Shown here one piece after another: positions 34,501 to 45,132 of a stretch of 64,000 nt of DNA (position 1 is the first letter of the stretch; each line of letters begins with the position of its first letter). The notes below the pieces were generated by a model, which worked only from the letters and a program-made list of their open reading frames with translations, was not told where the DNA came from and ran no database searches. Both the position numbers and the translations under genes were made by a program. The DNA is from Schizochytrium sp. TIO01. Lineage: Eukaryota; Protista; Bigyra: Labyrinthulomycetes. The DNA lies in the NCBI GenBank assembly GCA_004764695.1, contig SMSO01000006.1:139859-203858 (forward strand), given 5' to 3'.

Positions 34501-36698
34501 GCACTCGTCAATAGCCCGAGGGCGACTTCAGTAAAAAGAGCACCATGCTTATGCTCAAGGTCCTGAAAGAATGTCTCAAGTAGACTCACTACGTCATTAA
34601 CATGGGCCCAGGTGGAGGGTGGGGATGTATATGACGCCCATTGGGTCATTTGATTGAACACTGTTCGCAGCATAAGGTAGGTAGGTTCCTCGGCCCGACT
34701 AAGTATGTCTTTACAGAAGAGTCTTTGTTCCTCCGTGTCGCGACGGTGCTCTTGACTAAGCCAAGCATCTAGAACGTCATCAATATCTGTAAGGTGGATG
34801 ACTGGTACAGAAATATCTTTGCATTGGAGAATTGCTCGTGCTCTCTCTAGAGGCTTACCTTTTCCTTCAACAAGGGCCGTAACAAGAATATGGCAGTGTT
34901 CAGGAACCTCAGTTGCTTGAGGTAGCCAGATCAAGGATGATCCCACAGGAAGCTGATCGAGGGAGTCAAAGACTATGCACAACGGGCTTTGCTTAGTGCC
35001 TCGAGCCATGAAATCAGTTTTGAAGGCGTCGCATATCTCGTCAAAGCTAGCGGCAGGATCGGGTGGACTGCCTCCATAGATACTGCTTATTTGCTCGCAA
35101 ACAGAGTAGAGAAGCCGCTCCAGAGAGCTGCTTTCTGAAGTTGTACCAATAAATCGAACAACAAAATTAAATTGGCAAGGTAGCAATTTGAGAACCTGTG
35201 CAGCCAAAGCAGTCTTGCCTGACCCAGAGATTCCGCTCACGATACATGCAGATTGAGTAATGACAGAATTCACAACCTCCATGACAAGACCATGGCGGCC
35301 TACAAAGTCCTTTTGCTTACGAGATGCAAACCGAGCATGGGCTCGTGCCTCATCAAAGATCGACCCTTCGACCTCCTGTGCTGGTAAGTGAGTAATTTGT
35401 TGTGCATACGATGCGCAAAGCTTTTGCAAAATATTTTTTATGTAGCTTGCATGAGACTTAGATGTCACAGGATCAATTCCGTTCTCTTTCCAAGGAACTC
35501 GTGCTTCTATTACCTCGGATGCATGATCACTGGCCCAGAGCCGCAAATGTTGGAGGCAATCTTGAGCGTTGTCCACCGTATCACGATACCCAGGGTGTAA
35601 TATTTCTCCTTCTAAATGCCTCGAGATTAAGAGAGACACTGACCCTGGGTGAGAAAAGCCAAGTCTCATTTCAAGCTCAGTCACCGATGCTTCAAATGGT
35701 CTTCTTGCCTCTATGTTGTTTCCATGTAAGTTTTCTGCGCATCTGCGTAAAGCATGTTGCATTGGCTCAAAACACTTTGACCACCACTCCTGGCTTGCAG
35801 CGTCTTGGACCTCTGGAGAATACCCACGGATTACTTCATAGACAGGGCGCAAACGATACACAGCAGGGACTTTGTTCGTGTCGAGTCGAAACCATTCTAC
35901 TAACTGGTCATGGTCAGTATCAGCATCACAATGGTCAAGGAGTAATTCAAATTCGCTCTGTTCGATTTCTGCTGGAAATGGACGGAAGCCATATTTATCA
36001 CCAAGGATGCCGACAAAGTGCATAGCCGCGCTCGTCGTTAGACATCTCTGAAGTTCACGCAAGCAGATTTCAGAGGTCTGATGCTGTGCACTGATCTCAG
36101 AGTTAATACCCCATCGCATCTCGCTAAGCTCGAATTCATATCCAAAATCTCGACAAAATGAACGCAATAATGGTACACAAAACGCAACGAAACAATCTCT
36201 CTCGGATCGAGTATCTGTAAATGTAGATGACATAAATGAGCGCACGATTTCCGGTGGGATTTTGAGATCTTCTTCGATAGAGTGCCCGCTAAGAACGCGT
36301 TCACGAACATCTTCGCTAACCGGAGATTTTGCGCTTGCTTCATCTCTAATGTTTCTTTGTGTCAGAGTTGTTCCTAACGTCTGCGCTGCACCTGAAGCCC
36401 CGAAAACAGCCTTTTCGAGTTTCGCCAACTCCATTCTCTGGTCCCATACATCGTAATCAGCATCGCTGCGGCTCTTCCGTGATACCAGTTTTGCGCTCAC
36501 GCTTGTTCTAAGCTTGGAGACTCTGTTTGACGTCTTGTTGAAGTGGGCTTTGGCCTTGTTAGACCCTTTGACGCTTCCTCTTAGCAGCTGTTCCTTCGAC
36601 ACCTCAAGCTCTTCTTTATTTTGAGCAATGATATCCTCTTGTACTCGTGCAAGGGCATTATCGTTCCCGCGTTTTCGTGTTGATGCTTTCTGGCCCAT
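31518..36698 (-). CDS. NWD1/NWD2/TEP1-like STAND NTPase: DUF4062 (TIR-like) - NACHT - WD40 repeats
   Basis: VRSFMSSTFTDTRSERD and EMRWG (DUF4062), Walker A GISGSGKT, RFIGTT, Walker B LCIVFDSLDQL, GLSQPELEDLLSLDD, WFHRQF, and more than 10 GH...WD repeats. Confidence 0.92.
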   Translation of the reverse strand: MGQKASTRKRGNDNALARVQEDIIAQNKEELEVSKEQLLRGSVKGSNKAKAHFNKTSNRVSKLRTSVSAKLVSRKSRSDADYDVWDQRMELAKLEKAVFGASGAAQTLGTTLTQRNIRDEASAKSPVSEDVRERVLSGHSIEEDLKIPPEIVRSFMSSTFTDTRSERDCFVAFCVPLLRSFCRDFGYEFELSEMRWGINSEISAQHQTSEICLRELQRCLTTSAAMHFVGILGDKYGFRPFPAEIEQSEFELLLDHCDADTDHDQLVEWFRLDTNKVPAVYRLRPVYEVIRGYSPEVQDAASQEWWSKCFEPMQHALRRCAENLHGNNIEARRPFEASVTELEMRLGFSHPGSVSLLISRHLEGEILHPGYRDTVDNAQDCLQHLRLWASDHASEVIEARVPWKENGIDPVTSKSHASYIKNILQKLCASYAQQITHLPAQEVEGSIFDEARAHARFASRKQKDFVGRHGLVMEVVNSVITQSACIVSGISGSGKTALAAQVLKLLPCQFNFVVRFIGTTSESSSLERLLYSVCEQISSIYGGSPPDPAASFDEICDAFKTDFMARGTKQSPLCIVFDSLDQLPVGSSLIWLPQATEVPEHCHILVTALVEGKGKPLERARAILQCKDISVPVIHLTDIDDVLDAWLSQEHRRDTEEQRLFCKDILSRAEEPTYLMLRTVFNQMTQWASYTSPPSTWAHVNDVVSLLETFFQDLEHKHGALFTEVALGLLTSARDGLSQPELEDLLSLDDRVLDVTFQWWVPPVPRIPPLVVTRLLADLEPFLVRKAGNTKAWFHRQFYEQALHRYAPRHAELAEYFGNQSIASEYTLSHPVGQQTILLSADRMTLSQPPWIGDGRPNIRVLRELIYQTRHSPPQVRQNLPELVFDFSFLSAAAHGSMLADVIDQLVLAKDDPIFGADIRQQLHVLCRCLLLSLPSVIRYAGCLVEQLWNRLADSSKEAAYLQRLLKTVASLREEALGSIMSYQPYLTPGDGDLMLSFTVHHKNPYFVRTVDAEHFVTGAADGELRIWEFRTGRLVQTLNKNSGPDIGGVTRLAVHRPVGSASNFIVSGFYGGMIRVWNAHSGVMIEDIQNAHKHWVYQVCPIRLGINDDENTRHPLPLIVSGSKATDVKVWHIPSISGHFQGDATLPCEQHELLHTLTDCISGVNSVDASYVDEECEPSFTKAPLIVAAGSNNDVRVWETSNVWEPKSFELLHVLGMGSKPYNGLHIFRPLGQSQRLIAAACEDMCVHLWDLGDGSHVRVFAGHSGDLRGLTIHTLSDLIGSYEVHTNGLPTEDSERLILFSSSDDNTCRAWDLDSGSTLRIFDAHARTCRTMALSCSLQSMVTCSFDNTVCVWDLSPATWNSPEVLTDGDLGYTQSRNSEVSHRAPQLGHSLMSKWAVSLAFRAEGVAEYRATCMTQAANMLLLGWTDGTVSIASESIGTDCSPIVKRRASITGIAPCFSNSGVVVAAQDGYLVVQEVCEVKGGKLRNNPSYTIKVHDDWINDVVVFKDHFAVTAGEDWSIRITSLLDQQLVAELKGHLGAVRSLVVSSDAQWLLSSSQDRQVILWDLEKLEKVQVLKGHNDWVLSIGFLPDGNAVSGAMNGELFWWLLNDAPCEPRTLRIAHAGYTSIAVKFDQSVFVTTLFDGSFEVWSCAVDNEPVMLATSLASLGHIDASPYLGQANCALIIEEFGRKSCQKQRSQRRRQVDFVVAFHNSGVGCFKVNLP

Positions 36699-38324
36699 CT
36701 TTAATTAACTACTTTGAGACGATACGAATACAATCAATTCTGATTTAGCTATTTGCTGCAAGTTGAGCATCGATTGTGTATAGAAGTACTTCTCTAGTGC
36801 CACTACTGCCCAGTTAAGAAATACCTCGTAGGAACAGTAATTAGAGGGAGCTCCTACGTCACATCACACCACAACACACTATACTAGCAATATTTTGCAC
36901 CTAGTACACGCCATAGCCCACCAATGTTATTGAAATCGCTCATCACTGCGTCATCATTGTTATTTGACAATGGCACGTGCAGCAACTTCAGTGGTCTTCC
37001 AAAGTACCCAATTCAAAGTACCTAGAGTAAAGGGGTGCATCTGCAGTCGCCTTATGTTAGTTTTCTGGAAATTGACGAAACCGGTGCAGCTTGATAGTGT
37101 CCAAGATAGCCTTCGTTCATGATTGTAACACTACTGGCTAGAGCAGCACGTAGAAAATGGATCGAGGGGCAATTTGGTGTTCCCCTGGCGATATAATTCT
37201 GAATCTGCACCAATGTGCTACTGCGATGTATCACGTGGCCAGTAAGGATTGCTTTGCTTATTTTCTAATTTAGTGTGCTTTGTTAGTAAGATATGGCGCT
37301 CGGGCTCACAGCCCACAAAGACCATGTGTGTAAAGAAAGCTTGAGATAGGAGTTTCGGACGTAAATTATGAGCCAGCCTGGTGATTAGCCCAAGCTGGCT
37401 CGCAGGGGTTTGACGACCGGCTAGGTTGAAAAGCCAAGTCCAGAAGCTGATTATTTGGAAATGTTTCTAGTGGAACCAATTTTAACTAGTAAAGGAAAGT
37501 GTTGACTTTCAAGTATACTCTACTATTCTTAGTAGTCAGAGGCTACTCCATTCAATTCAATTCTTCTAGGCTATAATACATTCAATTCCATTAAAAAACA
37601 AAACAAAACAAAACATTCTTTACTTTAATTTTATTTTTAATTGAAAATAAAAAGGTATAAGAAGCCTCCAGAGGATGAGAGTGGAACGTGGATACGACTT
37701 GGAAGGTTTCAAAGGCCCGCCCGGCCATTGTTCGCTGGCGTGTTTAACTTGCAGTAATCAAGGCAGCACGAGGCTAGAGATAGTAACTAGAAATGTTTAA
37801 AGTGAAAAGTAAAAACGAACAAAAAACGATGATGATGGTTTACTCTCAGTCATGGTCTAGATTTGGGCTCTGCTGTAGCTCATTCAAGGCAATAACCCTT
37901 GGCACAAGGGTACTAGAAAACTTTCATTGATTAAGCCTATTATTTTCCCTATTTTAAAATTAATTTATTTATATAGTAAGTTATTTTATTTTTTCCTTAT
38001 TTCATTTCATTGACTCGAATTTTATTTTTTAGATTGAAAATTAAATCATAATAAGAAAAATTGGCGCGTGAAAGAAGGGGAGAACTTGAAGAAGGGCATC
38101 AGAAGGAGAGGAGAATAGACGAAATCAATACACAGATAAACACAAAGTTGCCGGTTCTGAGACAGTGGCGCTTGTAGACAGCTGGTGTTTCCGTGAGAGG
38201 AACGCCCAGTATCAGAAGAATAAACATCGGGGGAGTGTAGGTGTTGTATCCTCCTACCTTCGCTCGCGCGTTTAACTCAATCTCTGAGTACCTGAAAAAG
38301 CTCCTGCCAAGTTTAGACAGAAGT

Positions 38325-39065
38325 ATGAGCGCCTTCTGGGAAACATTGCACTCTCTCTGGAGGGAGTACATGGCAGGAGTCCAACAGAAGAGTAGTCGTG
38401 AGCAGATATCGGGTCAACCAACTTCGTTTTCTGTAGAATACCTTATCCGTACGGTGCACATACAACGGAATCCTGGCCCCCCTTTGGACATTCGCGTGGA
38501 GACACCTCGTTTAAGGCTTCGCCCTTGTCTAAAAAGTGATGTTCCGTTTTATCAATCTCTCTGGAGCGACCCCACTGTCATGCTTAAATACGCATCTGGT
38601 AAACCACAAACTGACCCTGATTATGCGTTCAAGAGACTCGTAAGTAATGAAAATAGTTGGACACAACGTTGGGAACAAGGCAACCCTTGGAGCGGAATGG
38701 TTGTAGAGCTGCAGGCCAATGCAGAACCCATTGGTGCAGTAGTAGTTGGAGGTGGTGAGCTGGCCTATCTTTTCAAGCCAGAGTTCCACGGTCAGGGTTA
38801 CGGAACTGAGGCAGTAGTGGCACTCGTCAATGTCTTAGTGCCAGTGCTTGCACTCGACGAATCCACGCCGAATATCCCCGATGAAATTGAAGCTACAGTA
38901 CGGGTTGATCATCCCCCATCCAGACGCATCCTAGAGACCTGCGGGTTTACATCAGATTTGAAGGTTAACCAACGCGAGTTTGATGGTAAGCTCTTTGATC
39001 GTTATATCTTCAAGGTTTCCACTGAGGCACTTATCGATCGGTATCAAGCTTCAAAGAGCCTCTAG
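38325..39065 (+). CDS. GNAT acetyltransferase, RimJ/RimL (Acetyltransf_3) family
   Basis: VETPRLRLRP, ELAYLFKPEFHGQGYGTEAV (acetyl-CoA binding motif) and HPPSRRILETCGF. First ATG at 38325. Confidence 0.88.
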   Translation: MSAFWETLHSLWREYMAGVQQKSSREQISGQPTSFSVEYLIRTVHIQRNPGPPLDIRVETPRLRLRPCLKSDVPFYQSLWSDPTVMLKYASGKPQTDPDYAFKRLVSNENSWTQRWEQGNPWSGMVVELQANAEPIGAVVVGGGELAYLFKPEFHGQGYGTEAVVALVNVLVPVLALDESTPNIPDEIEATVRVDHPPSRRILETCGFTSDLKVNQREFDGKLFDRYIFKVSTEALIDRYQASKSL

Positions 39066-39099
39066 ATAGACTAGATAAGGTTGATTACTTGCGTTTAAC

Positions 39100-39800
39100 C
39101 ATAGCAGAATACTTTCTGTTTCCTTGACACAATTTCTCTACTAGGCGTATCAAAGTGAAGTATCAAGCTAATTATTGACACTGTTAGGTAAAATTCCACT
39201 TCATTTCATAATTTAACGCCAATAGTAGTCAAATGATCCTAATAATTCAAGTGTACCTCTTTAAAATGTGCGTTACTGTTTCTGTGGTGATACAATTGTT
39301 GGAAAGAAGTAAGAAATAGAATCACTGATTGCCACAATACATTGATAAATGAGTAGAAATAGTAAAACTCTTCTTGGCTTCTGGACTATCACTCTTATTC
39401 CTTTTCTTAAAAGATACCTACTTATGATACAAAGGTTTCCTGAAAGGGAATTGGCAATTTTTGAAGGCGATGACACTACAATACATAAAACTCTGGTAAA
39501 TTACAAGATATGAAATATAGCGTCCATAGCAGCAAACCCATAGAACCTGCAGGTTTGGCAACTTCTCTATATAGAAAAGGGTGTAAACCTATTTTGAGAA
39601 AAGGTTGAAAAGCTGGAGCAGTAGTTTGAAACGAAATTCGGGAGTTTGGTTCATAAGACACGGATACCCGAACTTCGCTTTGAAAGACCTATTCATTTTA
39701 CAATAGTATCGTACCTAGCTACAGTGTTTCCCCCCTAATTATCCTTTCAAATCCTTGATCTTTCACCGTCCTTTCGAAACCCCAGGATTGCTAGACTATT
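39100..39800 (+). pseudogene. Decayed RI-like LRR relic
   Basis: NNSSVPL*NVRYCFCGD (39241-39291; TAA sits where a Leu is expected), NRITD (from 39315), NSKTLLGF. Confidence 0.5.
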
Positions 39801-40000
39801 TCACTGAAAGCAAGTTGTAACTTATGACGTTTGTAGCTACATGCTCAGCATAATCCACTGAAAGGTAAAAAGGCTAGAATCCGAATTAAAAATTTCATTG
39901 AGAAGATATGGGAGAGAACTCTTACGAACTCAAGCCATCATCATCAGTCCGTCAACTTGAAGTCTTCAAGTGCTAGAGGTACCTTCTTGCTCGGGGAACG

Positions 40001-40996
40001 ATGCATACGCTTGGTTCTAGAAGCACGTGCGAAGAAGTCGCCGCGGCGTTCCCGGAAGGCGTCCAGGAAGTAGCTTCTATGACGATTGCAGTCACTGGAT
40101 GCAACACCGGGATCGGTCTAGAGACTGCCAAGCACCTGGCCAAGCTTGGTGCTCACGTGGTGATGGCATGCAGATCTGAAGCTAAAGCTCAACAAGCAAA
40201 GGCTGAAATTGAGAAGTTTGCCAAAATTGATCATGGCTGTACGAAGGTTGTCTCAATCATTGTGGTGGACCTCAGTGATTTGCAGAGTGTGGGGAACTTT
40301 GTCAATACGTTTAAGGAACGCAGTGTATCAGAGGGTTGGCCTCCCCTGCGCATGCTTGTCCTCAATGCAGGGCTTATACTTTCCAAAGCGGAACGCTCAG
40401 CACAAGGTTATGAGAAGACTTTTGCAACTAACCATTTGGGACACATGGCTCTTACAGAGGGCTTACTCCCAGAACTTCGCAAAAACCAACCATCTCGCGT
40501 GATTGTCGTGTCCTCAGGATCTCACTATGGTCCTCTAGCTGAGAGGAATGTGGAGTTCAAAGAAAACTTACGCAAGACTTTTGTGAACCCAGTCTTCCCA
40601 GAAGATGAGCCATTTTCGACTATGCAGGCGATGAAGCTTTACGGCTCAAGTAAGCTTTGTAATGTCCTCTTTGCACAAAAAATACACGAAAGAGAGAATT
40701 CTAATGGTGTAGCTGCATGCTCATTGCACCCTGGTACATTTATTCCCACAGACATCACCCGCAGTTCAAATGGATGGATCCAATTTCTGGTTCGAAACAT
40801 CCTTAGCTGGTTCACCAAGAGCGTGAACCAGGGAGCTAGTACGACTATATACTGTGCCCTTTTGCCCCAAGGTAGTCTCCAAGGCCAGTATTTTGATAAC
40901 TGCTCAACTAAAGCCAAGAGTCGACGTGCTACTGACTCTGCAGCTGAGTCGTTGTGGCAAGTTTCTGAAGAACTGATTCTCAAGGCACGCATTTAA
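40001..40996 (+). CDS. Short-chain dehydrogenase/reductase, retinol dehydrogenase/WWOX-like
   Basis: TGCNTGIG, LVLNAG, FATNHLGH, VVSS, catalytic YGSSK, SLHPG and QGASTTIYCA. Confidence 0.95.
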   Translation: MHTLGSRSTCEEVAAAFPEGVQEVASMTIAVTGCNTGIGLETAKHLAKLGAHVVMACRSEAKAQQAKAEIEKFAKIDHGCTKVVSIIVVDLSDLQSVGNFVNTFKERSVSEGWPPLRMLVLNAGLILSKAERSAQGYEKTFATNHLGHMALTEGLLPELRKNQPSRVIVVSSGSHYGPLAERNVEFKENLRKTFVNPVFPEDEPFSTMQAMKLYGSSKLCNVLFAQKIHERENSNGVAACSLHPGTFIPTDITRSSNGWIQFLVRNILSWFTKSVNQGASTTIYCALLPQGSLQGQYFDNCSTKAKSRRATDSAAESLWQVSEELILKARI

Positions 40997-40999
40997 AAC

Positions 41000-42060
41000 A
41001 TGCTAGTGATACGTTGCATATGGCCGATTCACGTATGCCCTTGAAAGACGACTCTAAAGGTCTATGGTGCAGTTCTGAAAAGCAGGTATTGACTACATTA
41101 ATCAAATCGAGCAAATCAGTCACTTTATTAAAGGCAGACTTTTGCTCAAAACAAATGTTTTAACTACGGATCAGCCTTTCGATTCTCAAAATTTAATAAA
41201 ATGTTCCATTTGTTGTAAGAAGTAACTATGTACTAAGTTCTGTTGATATACTCTCCTTGTGAGGGTAAATTGATTCTTAAGAAGTGTTTGACGGTATCGA
41301 GTCATCACTAAAACGTTTCAACAACTCATTGAAGAGGTGCAAACAAAAAACACATAGGATGGAAGATCTGGAATTGAAACGCCCCAGTTTGATGGCTGCT
41401 CCTTGTTCAAGCTAGTTTCGACTAAGCTAACTGCCGAGCACTAGCTCAATAAGGGAAAGCTACAGGTAAAATTTGCATATTTGGCATGTTGATCCATCGT
41501 TTCTATGCTTTCCCTTGTTTCTTTTACTAAATTTATAGAATGGAAAGTGAAAAAAAGTAAAGGAACGTGCGGAGGTCATATCAGATCGTTCATGAAGAGA
41601 TGCGTGTATGCAGTTAAGAAAGCTACGCCGAGCTGATTCACTTTGAAGGTATTATCAGCTTCTCATTCTTAGCTAGCTTACTTTGTGCGAGGTGAAAAAA
41701 AGTTGAAAAGAAGATTGACTTGATGTTGTAAGGCAACACACCAGGTGCATATATTTATTAGCAAATACATGCTACCTTGTGAAGGCCTCAGTCTGCAAAG
41801 CGACATCGCTCACTGCGCCTACGAATAAAGCAAAACTATCAACCAATAAATGAAGGAGGCTGCCGCAAATTTGATGAGACAGAAGCAGAATATGGCGCTA
41901 AGCTGCTCAAGAAAAATATAATTTACCCAACCGCTTCCCACGAATTCCGTCACAGGGAGCGAAGACTGAATGAAGGTAGACCACACAATATCCCCTGGAT
42001 GTGCTAAAAGGTGATTTGTAAATCCCGCACCGGCTGAAAGAGTGAATCCTGTGCTGTAGC
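41000..42060 (+). pseudogene. Decayed LRR relic
   Basis: SVDILSL*G*ID (about 41239-41274) and TLKVLSASHS (41640-41669). Confidence 0.4.
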
Positions 42061-42139
42061 CATTGCAAGCAAGCGGTGAAATAAATCCACTAAGGCAATA
42101 TCATCGTGTGATGGTTGATGCTACCACGAGGGTTTATTT

Positions 42140-43183
42140 TCACTCCTCCTTCTCATCCTGCACTGCTGAAGACGCTTCGTCCTCCAGCTTCCACAGGCGG
42201 ATAGTACCATCCTCCGATCCACTTGCGACAACCTCTCCATCTGGGCGGTACCTCAGGCAGAAAATAGGTCCATGGTGGCCCTTGAAGGCCCTGATCTCCT
42301 TTCCAGTCTCCACATCATAATAGTGCACCCACAAATCAGATCCGCCTGCCACAAATTGCTTTCCAGTCACTGGATGCAATGAGGCTCCTTCAACCTCAAT
42401 AGTGAGATCTACAGTCTTGATCAGCTCAAAGGATCCAAGGTCATAAAATGAAACTTTCTTGCCTGCTGCCACGACGATTCTGTTTTGTGTTGCGCAGACC
42501 TCGAGGTCCTTAACCCTGTCTCCGGGTGCCTGCCAGGATCGCTCCGGTTGTTCAGGCGCCTTGCCCGTAGAGACGTTCCAAACCTGTACGGATCCATCGT
42601 CACATCCAATGATGACCTTGTCTCCCTTCGGCAGCCAGCTGGCCTTCCTGATGGGTGCGGGCGTCTCAATTTCGATTTCACAGGGCATGCTGACAGCCCT
42701 GAGGTTAAAAATGCGGAGTCGCTTCTCACTGCCGCCTGTAAGCAGTTTGTCGTCGTCAGGCGAGAACTCCACAGTCTTGACAACGTGCTTGTGGTCAAAC
42801 TGGTGCAGCAGTTCGCCATTTACTGCATCCCAAAGTCGCGCAGAGAAGTCGCCACCGCCAGTTGCTACGCGGCTAGCGTCCGAGTTAAAAGCCGCGCTCC
42901 ATACAGCGCCCTTGTGCCCGTCAAAAGTTCCAATCCAGTCGCCGTTGTCACCCCAGCGTAGCATAGGGTTTTTGTCGTGGCAGCCGCTCACCAAAAAGGT
43001 TCCATCCTCAGTCTCGCGGCTGAAGCGCACGTCCACTACAGGACGCAAGTGTCCAGGGCACACGATGGGGAATTTGCGTTGCTCAGGTTCGCAAGGAGTA
43101 GTCGAAGGAGACGGAGACTCCTCAGAAGCAGTAGAGGCAACGGAGCCGGATGACTTCTCAGCGAGGGGTGCGGAGGAGGACAT
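42140..43183 (-). CDS. STRAP: Serine-threonine kinase receptor-associated protein (UNRIP), WD40
   Basis: PIVCPGHLRPVV, PMLRWGDNGDWIGTFDGHKGAVW, HKHVVKTV and GHHGPIFCLRYRPDGEVVASGSEDGTIRLW. Confidence 0.93.
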   Translation of the reverse strand: MSSSAPLAEKSSGSVASTASEESPSPSTTPCEPEQRKFPIVCPGHLRPVVDVRFSRETEDGTFLVSGCHDKNPMLRWGDNGDWIGTFDGHKGAVWSAAFNSDASRVATGGGDFSARLWDAVNGELLHQFDHKHVVKTVEFSPDDDKLLTGGSEKRLRIFNLRAVSMPCEIEIETPAPIRKASWLPKGDKVIIGCDDGSVQVWNVSTGKAPEQPERSWQAPGDRVKDLEVCATQNRIVVAAGKKVSFYDLGSFELIKTVDLTIEVEGASLHPVTGKQFVAGGSDLWVHYYDVETGKEIRAFKGHHGPIFCLRYRPDGEVVASGSEDGTIRLWKLEDEASSAVQDEKEE

Positions 43184-43916
43184 GTTTGATTGCTTAGAGC
43201 GGTTCTATTGCAGACCTTGATGTCACCCAAATCTTAACTTAAGCCTTACGTTGTATGAGAATGGGAAGAGAAGAGCCGAGTACGTGGATGACCAATGAGA
43301 AATGAGAAAGAGAAAGCTTTGAGGTGTCAGGAAAAGAGTAGAGAAACTCCGTGGAGAGAAGGAACGAGAAGTTTCGAGTTTCGTAGGAGCACAGAAGAAG
43401 ATGCTAGCTACTGAAGAAAGAAACAATGGCCGTGGAGGCTCGCGAAGGATGGGTCGATGAGAGGGAGCACTCGCGAAGGGCAAACGGCGCGGAGAAGCAA
43501 CGGGAAGAATATCAGCACTGAAGAGGTTGACGAGGCAGAGGGAAGAACAGCAACGGAGTGGGCCGCCGCAGAGGTAAGAATGGGCTTTGTCGTTGACCTG
43601 CTCTTCTACCGCTGCTCCAGAAGCACCCATGTACATTCCTACTGTATCACTCATAGTACTAACCTACTAACAAGTGCTATACCTATTTCCAAAACTATAG
43701 CCAACAAGAGAAGACGATCATCACATTGAATAGTTTATTTCTAATGAACTTTTTATCTTTTTAAAGTTAGCACGACGATTGTGAGAGGAGATCCTCTGGG
43801 TAGTAGACCCTAGGTACTAGGTTAGGATTGATTGGTCTTTCTGCATCATCCCACAAAGATACTCACCTAAAATAGCACCTAGATAGGCCTAGGTAGTTAC
43901 TGTATGCATTCTTTTG

Positions 43917-44005
43917 TTCATTCATTCGATGATTCATTCATTCATTCATTCATTCATTCGATGATTCCTTCATTCATTCGATGATTCCTTCATTCACTCA
44001 TTCGA
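43917..44005. repeat. (ATTC)n compound microsatellite with a duplicated unit of about 20 bp
   Basis: ttcattcattcgatgattcattcattc...cattcattcgatgattcctt x2. Confidence 0.85.
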
Positions 44006-45132
44006 TCATCCATACAGAGGATGATCTGGTTGATGCTCACACAGCCAAGACACATTTGCTCAATGCCAGAGAGGACCTTTGGAAAACATCGACGGTTACC
44101 TCAGCTTCTTCAAGACGACTGCAGATCATTGAGGGAAGTCCCTGGAAATGACTCTGTAGGCGGAATGCGCGACGCCGACCCAGTCCAGCTGGACTCGAGC
44201 AGCCAACGCGAAATGCGAGAGACGAGGGAAGGCGAAGAAGAGGCTACAAGGCCACGACGAAGAAACAACAGAGTAGAACTGGTCCGAGCAGGGGCGGCAT
44301 TTCAGGGAAATCAGTGATTGTTCAATGTTTTGGCTTGAGATTTCAATGAGGATCGATGTGCGCGAGGAGCTAAAAGGGGGCTCCAGTTATACTACTTTCA
44401 CCAGTAGAGAGATAGATAGATGCCTACCTACCTACTGTATCGCAAATCACTTGCATCAAGCTGTATATGCTGATGAAGAATGAACCTCCATGGTTACTAA
44501 GAGGCAGAGGGAAAGGAGTGGCAGAGGCGAGAGGACGTGAACAGACACGATGTTGATGTGTTTTCTGGCATGAGAGTATGAGGAAATGAGCATCATGACA
44601 TCAGAATGGCAAAACAAACTTTAGGACCCCTTAGTTCTATTCGGTCCTAGATATCTACTATTGGTAGCTAGGTGCCTACATACCTAGTAGTAGCTCATTA
44701 TGTAGCGATTCAAGAGCAGCCCAGTCAATCAATCCACAATCAAGACGAGACCAAAGGCAGAACTCGCCTTGGCAAAGCATTGTGCCTCTCCAGGGACGAG
44801 GCGAATTAAACTTGTTGGCTAAGCTTGCCTGGGAAGCGAGAAATTGAATAGCTACCCCTTCACGTGGAAGAGTTTCGGAGTCTTCCGTCAGTAAGGGTGT
44901 ACTGTGTTTTGAGTGAGTGGTCGTGGCGCTGCGCTCTTTGGAAACGTCACAACGAGCAAACCCTTTCGTCCTTTTGGATTGAATCTTTCTGGACATTATA
45001 AGGGCTTGAAGTGGATACAAATTAGTTGCCAGTATTTGCAGACCTCAGAGTTATTTGTTGATCATCGGTCTCGGGTCTGTGCAGATTCAATCAACTTACT
45101 GAGACCGGAATTCATCAGATAAGAACGCAAAA

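Noticed and set aside
39529-39570. Minus-strand LRR-like peptide IEKLPNLQVLWV; similarly SNLRTLANLPRFLRLD (53888-53841), LLLEELPGLTRV (from 27321), NIILDKGSEKLSNAL (about 50100), IVELRLAFLQLTVLGC (62728-62681) and EILDNPSLTTLAL (from 63201)
   Set aside because: The + strand at the same loci gives more numerous and longer matches, so I treat these as antisense shadows or chance. They also show the false-positive risk of matching by eye and could weaken the co-orientation claim.
42421-43220. Long ORFs overlapping STRAP (e.g. 42459-43220 +, 253 aa)
   Set aside because: Antisense or alternate-frame shadows of a GC-rich conserved gene, with no motifs.
43223-44317. Short ORFs between STRAP and PUS10
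   Set aside because: No domain features; purine-skewed 5'UTR/promoter-like sequence.
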